DNA of 64,000 nucleotides from Escherichia coli O127:H6 str. E2348/69 (GTDB lineage Bacteria; Pseudomonadota; Gammaproteobacteria; Enterobacterales; Enterobacteriaceae): NCBI RefSeq assembly GCF_000026545.1, contig NC_011601.1; one strand, 5' to 3'. Shown piece by piece: positions 56,629 to 64,000 of this stretch (position 1 is its first letter; each line of letters starts with the position of its first letter). The notes under the pieces were generated by a model. It saw only the letters and a program-made list of their open reading frames with translations, ran no database searches and was not told where the DNA came from. The position numbers and the translations under genes were made by a program.

Positions 56629-57651
56629 ATGTCCACAATGAAAGTATTAATTTGTCAGGAAATAAAGAATTTAGTATGGGAAGTCCGGGAAAGACCGGTG
56701 CCAGGCGATAATGAAGCATTAATTAAAATTAAAACTGTCGGGATTTGCGGTACAGATATTCATGCCTGGGCGGGCAATCAGCCATTTTTCAGTTATCCAC
56801 GCGTTTTAGGCCATGAAATATGTGGGGAGATTATTGAATCAGGAAAAAACATTCACAATTTTAATATCGGACAGCAAGTTGCGGTAATTCCGTATATTTC
56901 TTGTCAGCAATGCCCGGCGTGTAAAAGCGGTCGTACCAATTGCTGTGAAAAAATTTCAGTCATTGGCGTGCATCAGGATGGCGGTTTTAGTGAGTATTTG
57001 AGCGTGCCGGTGGCGAACATTTTGCCCGCAGACGGTATTGACCCGCAGGCGGCAGCATTGATTGAACCTTTCGCTATTAGCGCTCATGCGGTGCGTCGCG
57101 CAGCCATTGCTCCCGGCGAGCAGGTGCTGGTGGTCGGGGCGGGGCCAATCGGTCTGGGCGCGGCGGCAATCGCTAAAGCCGATGGCGCACAGGTGGTGGT
57201 GGCGGATACCAGTCCGGCGCGCCGTGAACATGTAGCAACGCGTCTGGAATTACCTGTTCTGGACCCGTCAGCCGAAGATTTTGACGCGCAGCTGCGGGCG
57301 CAGTTTGGTGGTTCGCTGGCGCAGAAAGTGATTGACGCGACAGGTAATCAACATGCGATGAATAACACCGTAAATCTGATTCGTCACGGCGGCACGGTGG
57401 TATTTGTCGGCCTGTTTAAAGGTGAGTTGCAGTTCTCCGATCCGGAATTCCATAAAAAAGAAACGACGATGATGGGCAGCCGCAACGCCACGCCGGAAGA
57501 TTTCGCTAAAGTCGGTCTATTGATGGCGGAAGGGAAAATCACTGCCGACATGATGTTAACCCATCGCTATCCGTTCGCCACGCTGGCAGAAACCTACGAG
57601 CGCGATGTGATTAACAATCGTGAGTTGATTAAGGGCGTAATTACTTTCTGA
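56629..57651 (+). CDS. lgoD: Zn-dependent L-galactonate 5-dehydrogenase-like alcohol dehydrogenase
   Basis: 340-aa ORF; GHEICGEI zinc-ligand motif, GAGPIGLG Rossmann motif. Confidence 0.85.
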   Translation: MSTMKVLICQEIKNLVWEVRERPVPGDNEALIKIKTVGICGTDIHAWAGNQPFFSYPRVLGHEICGEIIESGKNIHNFNIGQQVAVIPYISCQQCPACKSGRTNCCEKISVIGVHQDGGFSEYLSVPVANILPADGIDPQAAALIEPFAISAHAVRRAAIAPGEQVLVVGAGPIGLGAAAIAKADGAQVVVADTSPARREHVATRLELPVLDPSAEDFDAQLRAQFGGSLAQKVIDATGNQHAMNNTVNLIRHGGTVVFVGLFKGELQFSDPEFHKKETTMMGSRNATPEDFAKVGLLMAEGKITADMMLTHRYPFATLAETYERDVINNRELIKGVITF

Positions 57652-57731
57652 TAAGGCGAGATTATTCAAGTTGCCATGCAGCGTCCGGGGAAGTGTTGGG
57701 CGCTGTTTTTTTTCTGTTTCTCAATAATGTT

Positions 57732-57778
57732 TTGTAGGCCGGAGAAGGTGTGTAGGTCGCACCTTATGCGACCTACAC
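57732..57778. repeat. REP-like element(s)
   Basis: TGTAGGCCGGAGAAGGTGTGTAGGTCGCACCTTATGCGACCTACACA. Confidence 0.5.
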
Positions 57779-57790
57779 ATCAGTCAGGAA

Positions 57791-60082
57791 TTACCCTTCA
57801 CGTTCTACCACTTTAATTTCCACCATGCCGATCCCGAGCTTACGCGGCGAGTGCCCGAGGATATTCCCTTCGTTGGTTGAGACAGGTTCCGGTGGCACAA
57901 TTACCAGTGTGTCGGCATCGGTTGGGTTATCGAAATGCAGTGTGGTGGTGGTCACTTCATTGCCCAGCACAAGGGTTTGTTCTTCATTGCCTACGCGTAC
58001 CGGAATAGGACGGCTGGCGTTATTGCCGTATGCTTTGGCGGTAATCACCAGGTCAAATTTCTTCGGCAGCGGATGCTTGTACTCGATTTTTACTTCATCG
58101 CCCAGCTGTGCGTTGGACCAGCGGCCCCACGACTCTGGACGAGAAATCCCGCTAAACTGTTTCACCTCTTCTGGCGCACCAGCGACGTTAAAGATGAAAC
58201 TGTCGGCTTTGTAGCGAATATCGTTATCAACAATCTTTAGCGTATCGACATTGCCTTTGTAACGCGCCATGTCGATGACCGTATCTTTAAATGCCGTTTT
58301 TCCCTTCCATATTGCTTTGTCAACATGCTGAACAATTTGCTGACCGCCAAGCTGCCCTTGCGAGACACACCAGTCGGTGGAGAGTGCCAGTTCCGGAGCC
58401 CAGAGTTGTGCCATCTTGTAGCAACGGTCAACCCAGACGAAATTGTCGCGTGGAGCGAAATCTGCCAGCTGGAAACGCAGCGGTGCTGAGTATTCGCTTT
58501 CCGGCAGCGGTTCCACGCGTTTGTCTGAAACCCGCAACAGCAGCGGCAAACGGAAATGGCTACCTGAGAAGGCAATCATGTTTTTCTGCTGGTCGATGGT
58601 GAACTCTTTCATCTCTTTAGGGAATTTCCACAGGCGGATGATATCCGGCTTCCACGCCAATGTTTTCTCTTTGATATTGAGGAAGATTTCCGACATCGAC
58701 TGCCCGGATAAACTGCTACGGCCAAGTCCGAGATAGTTATCGCCACCGAGAATGTCCAGCACCGTCGCGCCGTTATCCATCGTATTACGCTTCACTGCCA
58801 GCGTCTCTTGCTGCGGCTTGTCGCCACGGATGACAAAAAACAGGTTATTGCGATCCTGCTTATTAAGGTATTTCCACGCCGTATTGTTCATCGCTAAATG
58901 GTCAGAAGAGACGACGATGACGGTATCTTTAAACCACGGTGACGCTTTGATTTTGTTGATAAACGTCGCAATATTCTCCTGGCTGCAACTTACCGCGCTG
59001 AATGACTGATTCGGCTTACCGTCAAAATCATATTTTTTGCGGTTACAGGTGCGCGAGATAAAACCATCCGGGTGATGGGTATCGACTGTCAGGGTAAACA
59101 GTGAGAATCGCTGACCTGAGCGGGAAAGCTCTTCAAATTTTTTCCACGCTTCATCGAGAACGGTATCGTCGTAGAATCCCCAGTCGTTGCGATAGTGCGG
59201 GTCGGCCACCACGCTTTTCAGCTCTTCTGAGCCGTATAAGTGGTCGAAGCCGTGCGATTTCAGGAACACATCTTTACCGGCAAAACGCAGATTCGCGCCC
59301 TGCACGAAATAGTTCTGATAACCCGAGTTTTTCAGAATATCGCCCAGACAGATGTTCTGCGGGAAGAAGCTGGAGACAGAGGCGGAGGCGTTGCCTTCAA
59401 ATGGGGCAAACAGCGGTATGCCGCACTGAGAAGCCACCATGCCCGCAATCGTGTAATTCGTTCCCGGCAGCTGCTGCGTGTGGCTGAAATCCAGGCCTTC
59501 ATTTTTCAACGCGCCCAGTTCAGGCGTGAGATCCGGGAAAGCCTCGTTATCAAAATAGGTCCGCTCGAGACTTTCGCCGTAGATATAAACCAGGTTGAGT
59601 TTCGGGTCAGGGATAGTTCTCGACGGCTCTTTATAATAAGCCGCAAAGTCCGGGTCGCCGTCGCGTGACTGGGATTTCACCAGTTCCGTTATCTGACGAA
59701 ATGCCGGGCTGGCATCCACTGAACCCAGCGCCAGTAAGAGTGCCAGCAGGCTGTAACCAAAATGGTGCGGATGACGACGACGACGGCGCAGGATCCAGCC
59801 CAGCGCACCGAACACCGCCGTCAGCCCCAGCACAATGCCGATACCAGGCAGGATGTATTTGCTGACACCAGCACCGGTCAGGCTGTTGGTTAAGGTATAG
59901 AGAACCGCGTCGTTAATACCATCGCCAGTAAAATAGTCGCTGGCAAACAGGGTGATATTTAAAACGACAAATAGCCCCAGTACCGTTAATGTGGCCGCAA
60001 ACCACCAGGTGTTACGTCCCGCTTTCCATGCGTAAATCAGCACAGAGGCGAGAAAAAGGGCGAAAGAGAGTAGTTCTGACAA
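57791..60082 (-). CDS. opgB: Phosphoglycerol transferase I (osmoregulated periplasmic glucan biosynthesis)
   Basis: 763-aa ORF, N-terminal TM segments plus sulfatase-like domain. Confidence 0.9.
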   Translation of the reverse strand: MSELLSFALFLASVLIYAWKAGRNTWWFAATLTVLGLFVVLNITLFASDYFTGDGINDAVLYTLTNSLTGAGVSKYILPGIGIVLGLTAVFGALGWILRRRRRHPHHFGYSLLALLLALGSVDASPAFRQITELVKSQSRDGDPDFAAYYKEPSRTIPDPKLNLVYIYGESLERTYFDNEAFPDLTPELGALKNEGLDFSHTQQLPGTNYTIAGMVASQCGIPLFAPFEGNASASVSSFFPQNICLGDILKNSGYQNYFVQGANLRFAGKDVFLKSHGFDHLYGSEELKSVVADPHYRNDWGFYDDTVLDEAWKKFEELSRSGQRFSLFTLTVDTHHPDGFISRTCNRKKYDFDGKPNQSFSAVSCSQENIATFINKIKASPWFKDTVIVVSSDHLAMNNTAWKYLNKQDRNNLFFVIRGDKPQQETLAVKRNTMDNGATVLDILGGDNYLGLGRSSLSGQSMSEIFLNIKEKTLAWKPDIIRLWKFPKEMKEFTIDQQKNMIAFSGSHFRLPLLLRVSDKRVEPLPESEYSAPLRFQLADFAPRDNFVWVDRCYKMAQLWAPELALSTDWCVSQGQLGGQQIVQHVDKAIWKGKTAFKDTVIDMARYKGNVDTLKIVDNDIRYKADSFIFNVAGAPEEVKQFSGISRPESWGRWSNAQLGDEVKIEYKHPLPKKFDLVITAKAYGNNASRPIPVRVGNEEQTLVLGNEVTTTTLHFDNPTDADTLVIVPPEPVSTNEGNILGHSPRKLGIGMVEIKVVEREG

Positions 60083-60335
60083 CGGGCGATCCTCACTAAA
60101 CCGGGCCGTTTAGCCAACGTTTAAGCTTTTTGAGAAGCACAATGTAATGGCGTCGCCATATTGCTGCAATTCTAGTGTCAAAAAAATGCGATGTTGTTAG
60201 GAATTAGTTTATAAACAGACTTTTTTGATCGCGGTCGCTTCCCGTGTAACAGGGGTAAAACCGTCCAGGAGCAGGGAAAAGGGCAGGAGAGAGCCGCGTC
60301 AGCCGGGTAACAGCTAAAACGCGGCGTTTCGCGGT

Positions 60336-60833
60336 TCAGGAAATGAAGTTCAGCCCCTGCTTTAACACCAGATCGCAGGCTTTGGTTTTCACCTTTTCTG
60401 CCAGCGGAGTCGTTCCAATATTATCCAGATTGAGTTGCTGACCATCTTTGGTTTTCAGCAAACCCTGAATGCCATCCAGATAGTTGGTGTCTTCTTTTTG
60501 CTCTTCACTGTTCAGGCCCAGTTTTTCCAGTACCTGATTCTTGATGTTTTCGGCATCGGTTACCGAAGCCAGCTTTTGCTTCGCGCAGTATTGCAGAATG
60601 CCTGCGGCGTTGTTCATGTTATCTGCGCTTAAGGCCTGGTTCCCGCTGCTAAGCAAGTTAGTTAATGACGCGAGCGACCAACCGCCTTCCTGTGTCGTGT
60701 TGTTTTGGTTGCCAAGTTCGCTGGCGGCGCTGGAGAGCGCATCTTTCCAGGACGCAGCATGCACCCCGGTGGAAATTAATGCGCTGGCGGCAATGGCACA
60801 GCACAGAAGATGTTTAATCGTTTTCATCATCAT
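60336..60833 (-). CDS. yjjA: DUF2501 periplasmic protein YjjA
   Basis: 165-aa ORF with signal peptide MMMKTIKHLLCCAIAASALISTGVHA. Confidence 0.8.
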   Translation of the reverse strand: MMMKTIKHLLCCAIAASALISTGVHAASWKDALSSAASELGNQNNTTQEGGWSLASLTNLLSSGNQALSADNMNNAAGILQYCAKQKLASVTDAENIKNQVLEKLGLNSEEQKEDTNYLDGIQGLLKTKDGQQLNLDNIGTTPLAEKVKTKACDLVLKQGLNFIS

Positions 60834-60878
60834 TACTCAAGGTTGAATTGTGTCGCAGTATACCGCCAGAAACGGGGA

Positions 60879-61616
60879 TTAATACTCTTTACCTGTTACA
60901 CGGCTACGGTAGCTATCCCAGTTGAAGATCACCCACAAACTGTTACCCAGGCGCATACGGTCCATCACGCGTTCGCCCAGCAACTTGGTCATCTCTTCCA
61001 TATTACTGTTGGTCAGCATCCCGGTTGGGCGTTTGGAAGAAGAGCGGCGATCGACGATCTGGTTAATGATCACTTTTTCGTATTTCGATTCGGTCTGCAC
61101 GCCGATCTCATCGATCACCAGCAGATCAACGTTACTCAGATCGTTAAGCAGTTGTTCTTCGCTGGTACCGCTATTCCTGAAGGTATCTTTCATCGCCGAC
61201 ATAATATCGGCCACGGTGATGATCAATACGGATTTACCGCGTAGCAGCAGCTCGTTGCAGATTGCCGCCGCCAGATGGTTTTTGCCGGTTCCTGGCTTGC
61301 CAGAAAAGATGAAGCTGGCGATGTTGCCGTCAAACTCTTCGACATACTGGCGCGCTTTGCTTAACGCATTCATTTGCCCTTCACACTCAACGCGATAGTT
61401 CTCAAAGGAGCAGTTCTGATGCAGTGGACGAATACCGGAGCGGTTAAAGGTGCGCTGCATTTTCATCGCCCGATTTTCACGTTCGAGAGCGGCGGAGCGG
61501 ATCGCCCCTTGTTCTTTCTGCCAGGCCAGTAGTTCTTCACCCGTTTTGAAAGCAGGTTTGATATGGGCAGGCATCATTTTTTGCAGGCGTTGCATCAGGT
61601 CGCCAACGTTTTTCAT
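60879..61616 (-). CDS. dnaC: Replicative helicase loader DnaC
   Basis: 245-aa ORF; Walker A GKPGTGKNHLAAA, Walker B LLVIDEIG. Confidence 0.95.
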   Translation of the reverse strand: MKNVGDLMQRLQKMMPAHIKPAFKTGEELLAWQKEQGAIRSAALERENRAMKMQRTFNRSGIRPLHQNCSFENYRVECEGQMNALSKARQYVEEFDGNIASFIFSGKPGTGKNHLAAAICNELLLRGKSVLIITVADIMSAMKDTFRNSGTSEEQLLNDLSNVDLLVIDEIGVQTESKYEKVIINQIVDRRSSSKRPTGMLTNSNMEEMTKLLGERVMDRMRLGNSLWVIFNWDSYRSRVTGKEY

Positions 61617-61618
61617 CG

Positions 61619-62158
61619 TTACCCTCTGAATCCTGGTGGAATTTGGCTGTCAGGTTCGCTGACCGTATTCACATCTCGTTTCGGCAGTCCGCCGTTGCTG
61701 GCACGACCGATTTGCAGGCTGCGCGCCAGTTTTTGTTGCCACTGCACATGGTGAAAGACTTTGCCTTCCGCCTGCCAGTAGGCAATGAATGACGCCAGTT
61801 CTTCGGCGGTCACCGGCTCTCTTAGTGCCACGCCCCATAATGCCGCCTGACGGATAAAGTCGGTATCGGGTTGCCAGTCTGGGTACATGGCGAATTTCCC
61901 CATGGGTACAGCAACGGGAGCGGCTTGCGGTTCCTGATAGAGTTGATCGTCCAGAGCGACATCGCTTCCCGGACGCGCCAGCTTTTCTTCCAGCGCCAGC
62001 AGTTCAGCCAGGCGTGCAGGCGTGACGGCATAAAACGCCGGGGCATTGTTAGCAAATACGGCAACCACACCGCCTTCAGCTTTTGCCAGAACGGTTTGGT
62101 GATCGTGTATCAGGGCGTCAATACCAACGACGTCCGGGGTCAAAACTCTGGAAGACAT
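61619..62158 (-). CDS. dnaT: Primosomal protein DnaT
   Basis: Track ORF 61619-62170; start at [16 protein letters not shown] (179 aa); immediately upstream of dnaC. Confidence 0.9.
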   Translation of the reverse strand: MSSRVLTPDVVGIDALIHDHQTVLAKAEGGVVAVFANNAPAFYAVTPARLAELLALEEKLARPGSDVALDDQLYQEPQAAPVAVPMGKFAMYPDWQPDTDFIRQAALWGVALREPVTAEELASFIAYWQAEGKVFHHVQWQQKLARSLQIGRASNGGLPKRDVNTVSEPDSQIPPGFRG

Positions 62159-62264
62159 ACTGTTTCTCAAATATGGAACGATGAACGAGAAGGGAGATAA
62201 CTTTTATAGTAACACACGGAGGAGAGGAGGCTGTCTCTCATCCGTGTGCTTAAGCGAGGCAATT

Positions 62265-62738
62265 TTATACGCGAGGGCGCTTGCGGTACAACCATAATCC
62301 AGGAATGGAAAGACCGATGGATAACGCACCAACAATCGATGAAGCTGTAAGAAAGTTGGTTAACAGGGTAATCATCAACGGTTCGCTGTAACCTAGCTGG
62401 CTGATTTTTACCGCCGAAATCATTGCGGTATAAGCTGATATGCCAGGGAACATAGGGATAACAGCCGCCACGGTAAACACTTTCGGATGCGCCAGATACC
62501 AGCGCGACCATTGAATACCAATGGTGCCGACCAGCATAGAAGCCATAAAAGTTGACCACTCAATATTCAGCCCGCTGGTCATTAAGATCATTCGGGAACC
62601 ATGACCTATCGAGCCAAGCAGCGCACACCAGCGTAACGCCCGAACGGGAACGTTGAACACCATTGCAAAGCCGACCGCTGGAATGGCGGCGAGGATCATA
62701 TCCTGCGCCAACGCTAACAGAAATTCGATCACACCCAT
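62265..62738 (-). CDS. yjjB: Inner-membrane protein YjjB (ThrE-family small subunit)
   Basis: Track ORF 62265-62753; start at [20 protein letters not shown]. Confidence 0.8.
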
Positions 62739-63499
62739 CCGCGTAGCCCCCAAATCGTCAGTGCCATCACCACGCCGACGCAGGTAGCCAGTGTCAGCAG
62801 ACTGGCGATCGCCCAGCGTGCCAGTCCGGTATTGATGTGGCCTTTAAACATATCGGCGACGGCATTAATCAATGGAAAGCCCGGCACCAGCAGCAGAACG
62901 CTGGCGGCCATCGCAATGGTGGGTGTATTGCTGAAAGTGGGAAGTTGCAAAAGCAAACCGGAAATGGTGGTGGCGGCGAAAGCGGTGAGGCAAAAGTTGA
63001 TCTGTGGATGAAGATGACGTTGTGCCAGCAGCTGGCGGATATACATCGCGACCGTACTGGCAAAGAAGGTGATGACGGCACCATCCCAGCCACCTTTATT
63101 GAGTTTACAGAAACAGGCGCAAGAAAGGCCGACCATTAAGGCTACCAGCCATCTCGGGTAACGTAATGGCTGAATTTGGCTAAATCGTTTCTCTACACCT
63201 TTGTAATCCAGCAGATGATGCTCCGCCAGAATCACAATGTGCTGGACTTCAGTCACCACATGCATATTAATGCCGCGATCGTGATTTTTTCGTGTCGATG
63301 TCAGGCATTGCCCATCTTTAATGGTTGTCAGCACTATGGCGTTCGAAGAGATAGAACTTTCGACGCTGTCCATTCCCAACGCCCGACCCAGTCGTGAGGA
63401 AAGCTCATCAACCAACGCGCTTTCCGCACCATGTTGCAAAAGAAATAATCCGCACTGGATACAAAGCCGTGTTACGGCTCGCTGTTGCTCAGTTTGCAT
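62729..63499 (-). CDS. yjjP: Inner-membrane protein YjjP (ThrE-family)
   Basis: Track ORF 62729-63562; likely start [19 protein letters not shown] (256 aa). Confidence 0.8.
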
Positions 63500-64000
63500 A
63501 ACTCGCCCTTTGTCATAGACGTGCTGCGTATTGTTCAGATAATGAGAATCCATTTGTATCATGAAGCACGGTTGTTTTGCGGTAGGTTAAGATCAAAATT
63601 GCGCTGATTAATCCTGGTTATCGGGAGAAGCTCGGTGATAAGAAGCGAATTATCTCTCGCCGCAAACAAATTATCACATGAATATTATCACTATAATGAA
63701 TTTATTGTTTAGCCTTTACGAATCAGGATAAAAGATAACTGGGCGCGTTTTTTAATTTTTACAAGTTAAAACTATCAGATTTTATTGAATAAATATTGAT
63801 TGTGTGATTTTGCATTCTACGGGAAGGGATATCAGTTAATTATAAATTAAACGAATGAGAATTCTGTTTTTCATTAAGTATTTCTAACAACTTAATGTAG
63901 ATATTTTAAATGTCTCCAGGCTATTTCACCAGGTTATCATTTGATGCTAACCTTCTGACACATGCAGTGGAGTTGTTGTGCAGCAGGAGTATGCTGATAT

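Overview
64-kb window from an Escherichia coli-like chromosome; gene content and order match the nan / fim / uxu / yji / tsr / dnaC neighbourhood of E. coli. Everything below comes from reading the sequence and the supplied ORF track plus recalled family knowledge; no searches or alignments were run, and comparisons to K-12 are from memory. Hand-counted coordinates of non-coding features may be off by 1-2 bp. Core genes recognised: nanCMS, fimB-fimE-fimS-fimAICDFGH, uxuAB, uxuR, iraD, hypT, iadA, yjiGH, kptA, yjiJKLMN, rpnD, symE, yjiA-yjiX-btsT, tsr, lgoR, lgoD, opgB, yjjA, dnaC-dnaT, yjjB, yjjP. Accessory content is the interesting part. (1) A left-hand defence island (1-11230) carries a type IC-like hsdM-hsdS-hsdR operon whose hsdS has a 3-copy 12-bp tandem repeat, a diverged McrBC-like GTPase/nuclease pair preceded by an unknown 277-aa gene, and two HNH nuclease genes, one interrupted by an amber codon. 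(2) At the classical immigration-control position between symE and yjiA, a single 616-aa NERD-nuclease/SF1-helicase fusion gene sits where K-12 has hsdRMS-mrr, flanked by decayed fragments (yjiR, yjiS, an hsdR-like tail). (3) Between tsr and lgoR there is a TRAP transporter operon with a frameshifted binding-protein gene plus a YjcE-like Na+/H+ antiporter. The fim switch is in the phase-OFF orientation and gntP is reduced to a fragment. The McrBC-like module and the NERD-helicase gene are the best candidates for an undescribed defence system.
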